Shown: positions 37,501-46,941, counted from the first letter of the stretch. The stretch is 64,000 nt of DNA from an uncultured bacterium (GCA_903857255.1 CAIODY010000086.1:7312-71311); one strand, 5' to 3'. Notes: a model not told the origin generated them from the letters alone. Numbers and translations: made by a program.

Positions 37501-39679
37501 ACCCTGCCATCGCATTGTTCTCGAATTTTATTTTGATGGGCTGACCGCTATTCATAATTCCATCATTCAAAATTTTTACTCTACCCAAATTGTAATCAAC
37601 CGAGTAATCAACATTCTCTTTTAAATCTTGTCCGCCACTCGAAACTTTTACTGAACCTGGCGGCAAATTGAATGCCCCCAAATAAATATCGCTGGTTGAA
37701 TTTGATTTGTAACTGCCTTTGATGTTGAAGCGATTTTTTTCAGGATGTTGTTGCGCTTCGGTTTTCGTATTGTCATACAATTCTTGGAAAACATAGTTCT
37801 GTGCAATGTATTGGTCGGCTTGATTGTTTTGAAACTTGGCTTTCAAATCGCTGCCAAATGGCTCTATCACTGGGAAAATCAAACGACCATTTTGCGGAAT
37901 GATAGTGATGTTGGGAACAAAATCAAAAATTCCATCGGGGAAAGGGTCGTTTTGCGAATTCAATCTATCCAAATTTAACAATCGAATTAACGGAATACCA
38001 GCCACCGAACCATCAGATAAATAGCGCTTTTCACCACCGCCCGATGTTAAATAAGTTACATCCAGTTTAAAATCATTGGGCGAAATTTGATACGCACCAA
38101 GTGAGTAAATATTTTTCATCATCCAGCGCCACATTGGCAAAGTGGTGTTAGCGGTTTGCCCTTTTAATAATTTCAAAAACAAAACATTTTGCGATGATGG
38201 CACACTGCCTGCTGTGCCTTGTGTGGTAACGGTTGGCATGTCATCTGAAAATTCCCCCACCTTATAATTTTTTCCGTTGTAGGTGTATTCGTAAGCAACA
38301 GCCAACACATCGCCCGAATTCAAAGTTTGTTGCAACGAAATAAAACCCAAATTTGGATACAAAGTATATTCAGTTGCTGCCAATTTTCGAGCATAAGTTT
38401 TTTCGTACACCAATGGATTTGGGTCGTTGGTAAATGTTCCACTCGTGATAGTATTTACAACTGTATTGGTGTTGCGGCAATTGGGGTTGTTTTTTAAAGT
38501 TTGATACAAATTATTGTCGTAGTTATCAGGTGTTTTTACAACGCCAGATTTTGTCCAAATGCTTTGGTATGGGGCATTTTCAGCTAAATCCATAAAACCA
38601 ACTACATCTCTCACATTATCAGTTACACCAGTTTTGTTGGTTATCCAAACCTCTGCCCGAATAATGTTTACGCCCGATTCAACCAATGGCAATTTGCTCA
38701 ACCATTTGTCATAATTATCATGAAAATATTGCGATAAAAAAAAGTGTTTGTTCTCTTCATATTGGTCGGCTTGTATTGCAAATGTTTGTGTTTGTGCGCC
38801 GCCCTGAATATTGATTTCCTGTGAGGTTGATTTTTGTTGCGACATTACTGATGTAACATCTAACCTGCCAAATTTTAATTTTGTTTTTATCCCAAACAAG
38901 GTTTGATTACCCGAAATCAATGAATTGTTCAATGGCAAACTCACATTACCAGCATTGATACTTTGCAAAATTTCATCCTCATGCCCAGTGTATTCTAATT
39001 TGATTTGATTTTCAAAATCGAAAGTTGCTTGCGTATTATAGTTGGTGGTGAGTTTTAATTTATCACCAATTTTGCCCACCAAATTCATGTTGATGTTCAT
39101 ATCGAAATTAAAACCACCTTGCTTTTTTGCTGCTTGAATTAATGTTGGATTATCTACTTTTTGCCTATTCATTCCAAACGTTAATTCCACATTTCCAGTT
39201 GGTCTGATATCTACACCACCAGGTCCAAAAAGTCTATCAATCAACTGATTGCTGCCAACGAGCTTTGGCATTGCTCCTTTATTTTCAATCAAACTATTCG
39301 CATTGTTGCGTTGTTGCCAATAATCACTTTGTTGCTTATCGTATTCGTATTTCAAATACTCATCAAAAGTCATGTAGGTCGGGTTGCGATAATATTGGCT
39401 GCCGATGGTTTCAATTAAAACATAACGATTAGTAGTTGGGTCGTACTCCACTTTTTGTTGCACATTGGCTGGCGTTTTTAAATCAATATTATCAGCAGGT
39501 TTGTTATTGATGAAATCGCCACTTTGGTCTTGCAATGGATAATGCAAAGTGCCTGTATCAGCAGGGTTTTGAAGCTTTTCAACAAATATTTGAATAGGCA
39601 AAAACATCGCCTTACTGCTGTAAATCACCAACAGTAAAACCATTAAAAAACTTGCCTTTACAATTATTTTAAATCGCAC
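34541..39679 (-). CDS. sprA: T9SS translocon SprA, N-terminal fragment
   Basis: 1712 aa. After a signal/TM segment the N-terminus reads HYPLQDQSGDF...KVEYDPTTNRYVLIETIG...NPTYMTFDEYLKYE, as in SprA/Sov. It lies next to ruvA, as I recall for other Bacteroidota. Confidence 0.85.
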   Translation of the reverse strand: MRFKIIVKASFLMVLLLVIYSSKAMFLPIQIFVEKLQNPADTGTLHYPLQDQSGDFINNKPADNIDLKTPANVQQKVEYDPTTNRYVLIETIGSQYYRNPTYMTFDEYLKYEYDKQQSDYWQQRNNANSLIENKGAMPKLVGSNQLIDRLFGPGGVDIRPTGNVELTFGMNRQKVDNPTLIQAAKKQGGFNFDMNINMNLVGKIGDKLKLTTNYNTQATFDFENQIKLEYTGHEDEILQSINAGNVSLPLNNSLISGNQTLFGIKTKLKFGRLDVTSVMSQQKSTSQEINIQGGAQTQTFAIQADQYEENKHFFLSQYFHDNYDKWLSKLPLVESGVNIIRAEVWITNKTGVTDNVRDVVGFMDLAENAPYQSIWTKSGVVKTPDNYDNNLYQTLKNNPNCRNTNTVVNTITSGTFTNDPNPLVYEKTYARKLAATEYTLYPNLGFISLQQTLNSGDVLAVAYEYTYNGKNYKVGEFSDDMPTVTTQGTAGSVPSSQNVLFLKLLKGQTANTTLPMWRWMMKNIYSLGAYQISPNDFKLDVTYLTSGGGEKRYLSDGSVAGIPLIRLLNLDRLNSQNDPFPDGIFDFVPNITIIPQNGRLIFPVIEPFGSDLKAKFQNNQADQYIAQNYVFQELYDNTKTEAQQHPEKNRFNIKGSYKSNSTSDIYLGAFNLPPGSVKVSSGGQDLKENVDYSVDYNLGRVKILNDGIMNSGQPIKIKFENNAMAGLGQVKTFIGNRFDYYVNEHMNLGATWLHLSERPFTQKVLIGDDPISNTIMGVDLHYNQQSKFITSLVNKFYSTKEKSKITINAEGAKFNPGHSKVIGQDGEVYIDDFEGAASSYDLKFPLTSWALASTPAYATKGATGNELFPESHALTYNHTNDTISYGYNRAKFAWYNIDPFFTRPGNGFPTSLTSDKEQSNLFVREIAQTELFPDKQLAPGTPLTFTSFDLFYNPNRKGAYNFDIKGMNSDGTLANPQRRWGGIMRPIDYNDFEAANIEFIEFWMMDPYSTNGAASSNTGDLYFNLGTVSEDILRDGRKFYENGLPGDVADSSAKQGTIWGFVPTNQQPITTSFDLDPNVRALQDVGYDGCNDAQEQTQYAKYLALINTGIGADGQPFTAAVKSAAAADPSNDDYHFYRGTDYDNAVTPILQRYKKYNNPQGNSPTDQQSPESYSTAATNIPESEDINKDNSLSEAENYFQYRVHLSANMAIGTNFINDIRVAPVKLKDGTTANVQYYQFKVPINSYEKKVGDIQDFKSIRFVRLFLTGFSDSLIVRLPQFQFTRNQWRKYPFSLAQATEQLPSDHNTGAYFNVTTVSVEENASKQPVGYVMPPGIIRQQQLTTTANVLQNEQSISLHVCGLSDGDAKAVYKNLTLDMRTFKHVKFFTHCESVPGNPALNNKDLYAFIRFGTDFTDNYYEYAVPLSVTAAGATDASVVWPDANTVDITLDSMTGLKQKRIAKNKPNYTAFSVTYANGIILTVKGTPDLGLVKTCMLGVRNPQRGTVPGDNDDGQSKCAEVWFDELRVSGFDEQGGYAALLRTDIKIADLGTITASGSLHTIGYGSLEQKIAQRFKDNFYQYNVAGTMELGKLLPAKLGMKLPLYASTSEQFSTPQYDPFQLDVKLKDELAQAKALRGKGYADSIKNVAVDYVGIKSLNFTNVRINRPKKTALGKLNLPTNIENFNVSYSFTQTVKHNPTYESDVLKKYKGGML

Positions 39680-39718
39680 AATTAATCTTAATTCTAAAAA
39701 ATATTTTCGTAAAAAAAA

Positions 39719-40309
39719 TTACATCGACCGCAACGCTTCTTTTATCAAAGCCTCAATGGTATTGATGTTGGGCTGGGCTTTCATCACTTTTTTAATGCCA
39801 GCATCAGCTTGCACACGTGAAAAACCTAACGCCATTAAAGCATTTAACGCTTCATTTTGAATATTATTATGTGCAAATGATGATGCTTGAACGCCTTTGC
39901 CATCGCCCATTTTCAGCATTTTATCTTTCAACTCTAAAATCATGCGCTTGGCAGTTTTGGGTCCAATGCCTTTTACTTTTTCTAACAAGGCCACATTTTC
40001 ACTCACAATTGCTTGCTGAATATCGCTGGCTTGCATAGATGATAAAATCATTCGAGCTGTTGAACAGCCAACGCCCGAAACGCTGATTAATTGCTGAAAT
40101 AATTGCTTTTCGCTTTCTTCGGCAAAGCCATAAAAGGTGTGTGCATCTTCGGTAATTTGCTGATGCACATGCAGTTTCACTTCAGTTTCACTTTGAATTT
40201 TTGTGTAAGTATTCAGCGAAATATTGATGAGATAACCAATGCCATTATTTTCCAACACTACAAATGCTGGATTTTTTTCAGCCAATTTACCTTTGATGTA
40301 AGCGTACAT
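39719..40309 (-). CDS. ruvA: Holliday junction branch migration complex subunit RuvA
   Basis: 196 aa. Contains MYAYIKGKL...VVLENNGIGYLINISLNTY...FGF, the HhH motifs LISVSGVG and VKGIGPKTAKR, and the C-terminal domain III. Confidence 0.92.
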   Translation of the reverse strand: MYAYIKGKLAEKNPAFVVLENNGIGYLINISLNTYTKIQSETEVKLHVHQQITEDAHTFYGFAEESEKQLFQQLISVSGVGCSTARMILSSMQASDIQQAIVSENVALLEKVKGIGPKTAKRMILELKDKMLKMGDGKGVQASSFAHNNIQNEALNALMALGFSRVQADAGIKKVMKAQPNINTIEALIKEALRSM

Positions 40310-40447
40310 TTTTTGTTATTAAAATTAGGAAGCAAGATAGAAAACAACTCGAAAATGTTCGCTGCACAAAGGCTTGAAAGATTCAAAAACTATTCACATC
40401 AAAATATTGATTAACTATAAAATAAAGCGGAGAGATTTTTTTTGATG

Positions 40448-40594
40448 CTACTTCGAAAAAAATAAACTCATCAGCCAAGCGATGTAAAACAAAAACGCTA
40501 CAAAGGCAATGGCAATCAGCATTCGCACTTGTTCAGCTTTTTTGAATTGCTCGTTTGATTTTTCTATTTCTTCAAATTCTTCAGGCGTAAGCAT
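40448..40594 (-). CDS. candidate 48-aa single-pass membrane peptide (too short to appear in the ORF track)
   Basis: My own translation gives MLTPEEFEEIEKSNEQFKKAEQVRMLIAIAFVAFLFYIAWLMSLFFSK. It starts 8 nt after the stop of the CoA-transferase B gene on the same strand. Confidence 0.3.
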   Translation of the reverse strand: MLTPEEFEEIEKSNEQFKKAEQVRMLIAIAFVAFLFYIAWLMSLFFSK

Positions 40595-40602
40595 GATGGT
40601 TT

Positions 40603-41259
40603 TTAAATTTTCATTTCAGGCACATCGCCTTCGATGATTAATTTACCAGCCGTTTTCGATTTTATTTCTTCTACACTTACACCAGGTGCACGTTCTACAA
40701 GCTTGAATCCGTGCGGTGTTATGTCCATCACACACAAATCGCTCACAATTCTTTTTACACATTTTACGCCAGTTAAAGGCAAAGTGCATTTTGGTAAAAC
40801 TTTACTTTCACCTTTTGGATTGGTGTGCATCATGGCCACAATAATATTTTTTGCCGAGGCTACTAAATCCATTGCACCTCCCATTCCTTTTACCATTTTG
40901 CCAGGAATTTTCCAATTAGCAATATCACCTTCTTCACTCACTTCCATTGCGCCAAGTACAGTTAAATCAACCTTTCCAGCACGAATCATTCCGAAACTTT
41001 CAGCAGAATCGAAAAATGCGCCACCAGGAATTACTGTTACAGTTTCTTTACCTGCATTTATCAAATCTGCATCCACAGCGTCTTCTGTTGGGTAAGGCCC
41101 CATTCCCAAAATTCCATTTTCACTTTGAAACATTACCGAAATTCCCTGCGGAATGTAGTTGCTCACCAATGTTGGAATGCCGATGCCAAGATTAACATAG
41201 TAACCATCTTTTAATTCTTGTGCAATGCGTTTTGCGATTTGATATTTATCGAGTGCCAT
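40603..41259 (-). CDS. 3-oxoacid CoA-transferase subunit B
   Basis: 218 aa. Contains [17 protein letters not shown] and GAMDLV, typical of the class I CoA-transferase beta subunit. Confidence 0.88.
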   Translation of the reverse strand: MALDKYQIAKRIAQELKDGYYVNLGIGIPTLVSNYIPQGISVMFQSENGILGMGPYPTEDAVDADLINAGKETVTVIPGGAFFDSAESFGMIRAGKVDLTVLGAMEVSEEGDIANWKIPGKMVKGMGGAMDLVASAKNIIVAMMHTNPKGESKVLPKCTLPLTGVKCVKRIVSDLCVMDITPHGFKLVERAPGVSVEEIKSKTAGKLIIEGDVPEMKI

Positions 41260-41267
41260 TTTTATTT

Positions 41268-41340
41268 ACGATTTTTTGATTGACGATTCACGATTGAAAT
41301 GAATTTTCATTTCCTCATTTTCTAATCTTCTAATTTGCTA
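41268..41340. repeat. short tandem heptamer/octamer arrays plus a small palindrome in the CoA-transferase A-B spacer
   Basis: The sequence reads ACGATT..GATTGAC GATTCAC GATTGAA, then the palindrome GAAATGAA-TT-TTCATTTC (41296-41313), then TTCTAATC TTCTAATT TGCTAATT. Confidence 0.6.
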
Positions 41341-42028
41341 ATTGTACAGTACGTCTTTCAATTCTTTTTTCATAACCTACGCCTTGAAAGATTCGATGCA
41401 CATATATTCCAGCCACATCTACTTCATCAGGGTCAATTTCGCCAGGTTGTAATAAATGCTCTACTTCTGCAATAGTTATATCACCAGCTTTCGCCATTGA
41501 AGTAGAAAAATTTCGTGTTGCTTTTCTGAAAACTAAATTTCCCATTGTATCACCTTTCCATGCTTTTACAATAGCAAAGTCAGCATGCAAAGCCATTTCC
41601 ATCAAATGCATCTTGCCGTTAAACTCACGAACTTCTTTGCCAACTGCTACTTCAGTTCCATAACCTGCCGGAGTAAAAAACGCAGGAATACCCATCGCAG
41701 CCATTTGAATTCTTGTAGCCAATGTGCCTTGTGGAATTAAATCAACTTCTAATTCGCCTGCTAATAATTGTCTTTCAAATTCAGCATTTTCGCCCACATA
41801 GCTGCTCATCATTTTTTTGATTTGACGAGTTTTTAAAAGTAATCCTAATCCAAAATCATCTACACCTGCATTGTTTGAAATGCAAGTCAAGTTTTTTACA
41901 CCACTTTTTACTAAAGCTGTGATACAATTTTCTGGAATTCCATTCAGCCCAAATCCACCCAGCATCAGCGTTTTGCCGTCTTTAATGTCTTTTATTGCTT
42001 CTTCAGCATTCGCAACTACTTTATTCAT
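41330..42028 (-). CDS. 3-oxoacid CoA-transferase subunit A
   Basis: 232 aa. Contains GKTLMLGGFGLNGIPE, SNNAGVDDFGLG and GELEVDLIPQGTLA. Confidence 0.88.
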   Translation of the reverse strand: MNKVVANAEEAIKDIKDGKTLMLGGFGLNGIPENCITALVKSGVKNLTCISNNAGVDDFGLGLLLKTRQIKKMMSSYVGENAEFERQLLAGELEVDLIPQGTLATRIQMAAMGIPAFFTPAGYGTEVAVGKEVREFNGKMHLMEMALHADFAIVKAWKGDTMGNLVFRKATRNFSTSMAKAGDITIAEVEHLLQPGEIDPDEVDVAGIYVHRIFQGVGYEKRIERRTVQLAN

Positions 42029-42037
42029 TTTGTGAAA

Positions 42038-42388
42038 TTAATTATTCAGTTTTGATAAATTGGTTACCACCTGCACATACATTTCATCCATTTCTTTTGG
42101 ATGTGAGGTGTAATATTTTAACGATTGTTTGAAACGATTTGTATTGATATTGTAATGACCGAAAATTGTTTCAAAATCTTTTTTCAACACCACATTGCTC
42201 GAATCAAAAGTAACTCGGCGAAGTTGTGCATCAGCATCAGCCAAGTGCATATCAGTTAAAATCAAAATCATCGAATCTTTTGAAATAATTGATACTGCTG
42301 GCTTTTCAGCATTTTTTTTCGATGCACAAGAAATCATAATTAAAATTATTCCGAGCAATAAAATTGAATTGGATGAAAATAATCTCAT
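42038..42388 (-). CDS. DUF4296-type lipoprotein
   Basis: About 116 aa from the ATG at 42388. It has the lipobox-like ILIMISC followed by MILILTDMHLADA, as I remember for DUF4296. Confidence 0.5.
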   Translation of the reverse strand: MRLFSSNSILLLGIILIMISCASKKNAEKPAVSIISKDSMILILTDMHLADADAQLRRVTFDSSNVVLKKDFETIFGHYNINTNRFKQSLKYYTSHPKEMDEMYVQVVTNLSKLNN

Positions 42389-42391
42389 GCT

Positions 42392-42399
42392 CAAAAATA
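42392..42399 (-). promoter_or_regulatory. -7 box (TATTTTTG on the minus strand) upstream of the DUF4296 / CoA-transferase unit
   Basis: The plus strand reads CAAAAATA, 4 nt upstream of the ATG at 42388. Confidence 0.4.
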
Positions 42400-42451
42400 A
42401 GGACTGAATAAGTAAGCAGTTATTATTTTCTTGAAAATTGGTTTCATTTTT

Positions 42452-44401
42452 TTATTTTGATTGTTCGTACAACCAAACGGATTTATTTTGTCGATTCAAA
42501 TTTTTGAAAATTATTCCATTGTAATTCAGCACAGAATCATTTGTGTTTGTTGAAACAATGCAATCCAAATGATTGATTTGATTGGGAATTGATTTTGAAA
42601 TGTTGTTGCTAACATTGATATGAATAGCATGCCTATTTGTTGCATAAATATTGTAAAACAGCGGATATTCCCAATCGTCCCAAGCCATTATCAAGCCAAT
42701 ATTCTTAAATTTTTGGTGTTCCATTTTTTCAATAACGGCGGCATATTCAACAGATGCTTCGGGTTTGTAGGCAAAATAGTTTTTAAATCTATCAGCTCGA
42801 AAATTTACATTTTTCGTTAGCGCAATATTGGTAACTAATGGTCGCATAGAATTAAACACGATGATAAAATATGCTCCCAAAAGCAATAGCAACAGCAATA
42901 TTTTGGTGGGGTTCAAAAAATAATTTCGCAAGCTGATGACATAACAAATGAGTGGCACGGCAAACAAAAACAAGGTGGAATGAATACGTGTTTGCCAGGG
43001 AGACCACTTAATATTGTAACAGAAAAAAAATAATTGTGCTAAAAAAATCAACCAATAAATAGTCGTTATTTTTAGGAATGATTTATTTTTTATCACACTA
43101 AAACCAATTGTGACAACGGCAAAAAAAATCAAAATAATTTGAATTGAATTAGGTGCATCATCTTCATTGTTTGGAATATTTGGCGGTGCGCTGAAATGAG
43201 TATTATTGAAATTATACGCCGAACTGTTCATGTCTATATGAAGCAGATTGTGTAATTTGTTTAGCATTTTCGATTCAATAATGTTCAACGGATACGGACC
43301 GAAATGCAACGCAACATGTTTTGAAAAATTTGATAGAAAAATCATTGGTGAATGTTTTTCGAAAGTGTACATTTTCGATTCTTCTTTATCGGCTCCTAAA
43401 ATAGAGCTACTAAGTGCATAATTTCTTGAAAAATGAGCAGCATTAATACTTAACGCAATTACCCCAGCCATAATAAGAAAACTTATCAGCTTGATTTTTT
43501 TTGCTTTTATAATTTGAAAAACAACAGCAGAAATGAGTAGCAATAAAACCGGAAAAAGAAAAATGTAAGCAGTTGCTTTTGTGAAAATTCCCAAACCAAA
43601 AGCGCAACCGAAAAGAACGAAATATATCAACCTATTTTCTTTGAAACTTTTTGCGGCAAAATAAACAGCATTCAGCACAAAAAATGCCACCACCACATCG
43701 TTTTGTGTACACGATGCTTGCAAAATTATTTCAGGAATTGTTACGCTTAAAACGATTGCATATAGCTTGTAAACACTGCTCAATTCAAACAATTCAACAA
43801 TTAAAACAATTGCAAAAAGTGAGAATAAAAAGAAAAAAAATTGAACCGAATTAGCAAAAAAATCTGCGTTACTCAACACATTGAAATGCATCATCACAAA
43901 CTCTGCAAATGGTGGCTGATATACTTGTCGGAAAATATGACTCGGAAAATGTTCAACTGAATTTTGGCTCAACCACTGAACAATTCTACCCAAATGATAA
44001 GTCATCGAATCCCAATTATTTGGAGGATAAATTACCCCTTGAATAAAAATTAAAATCAAAATTCCAACCACTAAACCACTCAATAAAAAATCAAATTTTC
44101 TGATTTTTTTTACCGAATTAAGTATCGTTGATTGCAACTTTTTAAAAGTTTTCTCAATTTTTTTTCTGTTATAAAAAAGAAAGAAAAAATTGATACTCGT
44201 AATTAAAACCCAACTGAAAAAAATGCCTTTATAATTTACTTGATGGAATAAGCTAAGTAGCTCTGTAATAGCCGTCAATACTATCGAAAAACTCAATACA
44301 GTGGTCAGAAGTAGTTCCTTCCAATTTAATTTTTCATGCAGAGTAATTGCTAAATTTATAAACAATACAACAAAACACACCAACAAAATAATAATGCTCA
44401 T
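42452..44401 (-). CDS. large polytopic membrane protein, possibly a GT-C-type glycosyltransferase
   Basis: 649 aa with 12 or more hydrophobic helices. It has an early loop YPPNNWDSMTYHLGRI and a soluble tail of about 100 aa. No family verified. Confidence 0.45.
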   Translation of the reverse strand: MSIIILLVCFVVLFINLAITLHEKLNWKELLLTTVLSFSIVLTAITELLSLFHQVNYKGIFFSWVLITSINFFFLFYNRKKIEKTFKKLQSTILNSVKKIRKFDFLLSGLVVGILILIFIQGVIYPPNNWDSMTYHLGRIVQWLSQNSVEHFPSHIFRQVYQPPFAEFVMMHFNVLSNADFFANSVQFFFFLFSLFAIVLIVELFELSSVYKLYAIVLSVTIPEIILQASCTQNDVVVAFFVLNAVYFAAKSFKENRLIYFVLFGCAFGLGIFTKATAYIFLFPVLLLLISAVVFQIIKAKKIKLISFLIMAGVIALSINAAHFSRNYALSSSILGADKEESKMYTFEKHSPMIFLSNFSKHVALHFGPYPLNIIESKMLNKLHNLLHIDMNSSAYNFNNTHFSAPPNIPNNEDDAPNSIQIILIFFAVVTIGFSVIKNKSFLKITTIYWLIFLAQLFFFCYNIKWSPWQTRIHSTLFLFAVPLICYVISLRNYFLNPTKILLLLLLLGAYFIIVFNSMRPLVTNIALTKNVNFRADRFKNYFAYKPEASVEYAAVIEKMEHQKFKNIGLIMAWDDWEYPLFYNIYATNRHAIHINVSNNISKSIPNQINHLDCIVSTNTNDSVLNYNGIIFKNLNRQNKSVWLYEQSK

Positions 44402-44435
44402 TTGAAAAATTATTTAGAATAAATGTTGTTGAATT

Positions 44436-46673
44436 TTATTGAATCAAATCTTTCACTTTTTTAAATGCAATCTGATTGGCATCGTTGTATAATGCATGAT
44501 GCAGGCTCTGTTTTTCTTTTGTAGTCAAATGAAAACTCAATGATGCTCGGCGTTCATCTTTTGATGGTGTATATTCAAAGCGCAATACGTACATGTTTTT
44601 CGGAAACGTATTATTCATCAAATACAGTAAATTATTTTGATGATAATATTGAAATTCAGGCGAATTGGAAAGCACGTTGGTAATGGGATTTATCATTTGT
44701 GATAAAGCTGTTTCTTCATTGTTTTCCAAGCTAATGTTGCTTCGATTGTAATCAGTGATTTGAATAAATAAAACACCAGCCGTGTTATCGCTTATCCATT
44801 TTCTAAACGCATTCAAAAATCGAATACTGGTTTCAAAACCATAATTATCCCGAACGCCAGCATCCATCACATCCAATCGAGGATTGGTAGGCAAACTGAT
44901 AGTTGGCAATACAAACGGAAAAGTACAATTCACCCGAAGTGCGCTGGTGAATAAAACACTGTCCGCATCACGTGTTTTGAAAAAATCTCTAAAATCAACG
45001 GCATCAATTTTCGGGTCAGCAATGCGCTGTTCATTGTAATTCGGGCGTACCATATAATTTAAAGGTTGCGGCGAAACCATCAAGAAACGCCCATCATTCA
45101 CAATAGTTCCATTTAAAATCATCATTGGAATTTCGCTGCTAAATTCAGGTGAATAATAATCCATCAGCTTTTTATTTTTGAACAATTCAAAAGTGTTTTC
45201 AGTGAATTGCTTTTCAAACATATAGCCTCTATCTTTTTTATACGTTTCTTTATTTAAAGAAAAATGTTGCCAAGGCAAAAACAAATCATTCACCGCAATG
45301 GTTGATGCTATTGGGTTTAGCAAATCTAACCCGATGGCATTGAGCCATTTTTTGTCGTGCAAGTTTATTTCGGGATGCAATTGTCGCTGATAATACAACT
45401 CACGAAAATAAGATGCTCCAATCATCCCACCCGAGCCACCAGTAATGAGTTGGGCATGTTGCATCAAATCACCGTTAGTCATGCTATCTAAATATTGCAA
45501 CACACTAAATGTCCAAAATGCGCTTCGAGAGCCGCCTCCACTAACATTCAAAAAAACCATGTAGGGTTTTACATCATTAGCAATTGCAGCTTTCTTTTTC
45601 CAATTTTCTAAAATTTGAATAGTATGATTATTTGCCGATTTCAACTTGTTTGAATCAGTCATGTTACCCAATGTGGTTGCATTGTAGGGCAAATCAGTGC
45701 CTTCATAATGCAAGCCATAAAATTTATTTTTTGAGTTGAATAAATCATCTTTCGAAAAGATATTCATCAATACAAACAAGAAAATAAAAATGGTGGTGCG
45801 CCATCCTCGAAGCCAATAACTAAATGCGCCAACCAAAATTGTAATTACCGAGAAACATAGATAAACACTGGCTCCAGCAGGAATTCGGAACAATGGCAAT
45901 TCCATCAACGAACCAAAAGCCAACAACAAAACAATGGTTGAAATTTCGATAAAAAGCATGTTGAAATAATGTTGCTTATACACTTGCCTGATTAACTCTT
46001 TGCTGTAATGATTCACCAATCGGGTGTGCCGAATACTGAAAGGCGAATTCAAATAATAATCAACGCGAATTATTTTTGGTTCATTGTTTACATCATCGTT
46101 TTCAATCGCTTTTTGCAAATGCGATTTTGCTTTATTGCCTTTTTTTGTAGCAGTTTTTTTTAGCCACGAAAAGGCATTTTTATTAGTGCCAAAAAAATAA
46201 GTAAGTGTAACTAAAATAATGCTGCAAATGCCAGCCAGAAAGCCTTCCACGTCCATCACTTTGTTGAAATGCGAAGCAAATTCTAAGTTGTGTTGAAACT
46301 GAATAATGTTGTAAGTATAAGTAAAAATAAATGCCAGAGGAATAATAGAGTTGTTGATGCAAAATTTTATAAACGGCTCACGAACTGCAGCTAAAAATGG
46401 AAATCGCCAAGCATGTAAAATGTAAGTAGTGATTTGCCAAATCATGATGAAACCACCAGTAGCTAAACCAACAATAAAAAAACTTAAAAAATTTACTTTG
46501 CCCAAATATTCAGGGTCGAGAAATAAATACGGTCCGCCAAATTTACTGCCGAAACCTGCACCCACAAACCCAAACAACATCAACCAAAACAAAGCCAACA
46601 CCTGATGTTTCTTGAAGTGCATCAAGGTGATTTGAAATGGAAACGAATAATAAAAGTGGCGAATGAATTTCAA
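44436..46673 (-). CDS. patatin-like phospholipase with an N-terminal multi-TM domain (TTG start at 46673, or ATG at 46622)
   Basis: 745 aa. The oxyanion region is NVSGGGSRS, the nucleophile elbow is ITGGSGGMIGASY (GxSxG) and the catalytic Asp motif is MDAGVRDNYG. Confidence 0.75.
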   Translation of the reverse strand: MKFIRHFYYSFPFQITLMHFKKHQVLALFWLMLFGFVGAGFGSKFGGPYLFLDPEYLGKVNFLSFFIVGLATGGFIMIWQITTYILHAWRFPFLAAVREPFIKFCINNSIIPLAFIFTYTYNIIQFQHNLEFASHFNKVMDVEGFLAGICSIILVTLTYFFGTNKNAFSWLKKTATKKGNKAKSHLQKAIENDDVNNEPKIIRVDYYLNSPFSIRHTRLVNHYSKELIRQVYKQHYFNMLFIEISTIVLLLAFGSLMELPLFRIPAGASVYLCFSVITILVGAFSYWLRGWRTTIFIFLFVLMNIFSKDDLFNSKNKFYGLHYEGTDLPYNATTLGNMTDSNKLKSANNHTIQILENWKKKAAIANDVKPYMVFLNVSGGGSRSAFWTFSVLQYLDSMTNGDLMQHAQLITGGSGGMIGASYFRELYYQRQLHPEINLHDKKWLNAIGLDLLNPIASTIAVNDLFLPWQHFSLNKETYKKDRGYMFEKQFTENTFELFKNKKLMDYYSPEFSSEIPMMILNGTIVNDGRFLMVSPQPLNYMVRPNYNEQRIADPKIDAVDFRDFFKTRDADSVLFTSALRVNCTFPFVLPTISLPTNPRLDVMDAGVRDNYGFETSIRFLNAFRKWISDNTAGVLFIQITDYNRSNISLENNEETALSQMINPITNVLSNSPEFQYYHQNNLLYLMNNTFPKNMYVLRFEYTPSKDERRASLSFHLTTKEKQSLHHALYNDANQIAFKKVKDLIQ

Positions 46674-46941
46674 AATGAAATTTAATTTCAGCTAAAATAA
46701 AGCAATTAGCAATCGCTTTTTTTTATTCAACTATCCACACATTTTTTTTTGTCTAAATTTTTTTACGTTATTAAATTGTTTATCAGTTATCCACCTTGCA
46801 GGTAGGGCAGGCTTGTTGAACCATTATTAAATTTCTAATTTGGGCATGTTCTTTCATCTACAAAAGCTCTCTTCTTTTAAAAAAAATCCAAAAGCATGGT
46901 ATGAATTCATTCGCAATTCTACCAACAACTTTTTTCTGCCT

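Noticed and set aside
40634-41095. 153-aa and 82-aa ORFs antisense to the CoA-transferase B gene
   Set aside because: They are entirely embedded in a conserved gene on the other strand, with a Pro/Ser/Thr-rich, composition-driven translation. I found no independent support.
44436-46673. The patatin-like phospholipase as the effector of a CBASS- or other abortive-infection-type defence system
   Set aside because: There is no cyclase, sensor, NTPase or other defence partner adjacent to it. The neighbours are housekeeping or envelope genes, and the N-terminal polytopic domain fits a membrane-lipid enzyme rather than a defence effector.
46731-46795. Two DnaA-box-like 9-mers (cTATCCACA at 46731-46739 and TTATCCACC at 46787-46795) in an AT-rich 273-nt spacer, considered as a possible oriC
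   Set aside because: Each has one mismatch. By my back-of-envelope estimate, one-mismatch matches to a 9-mer are expected about a dozen times by chance in 64 kb on both strands. There are only two boxes, with no dnaA or dnaN nearby and no clear DUE repeats.
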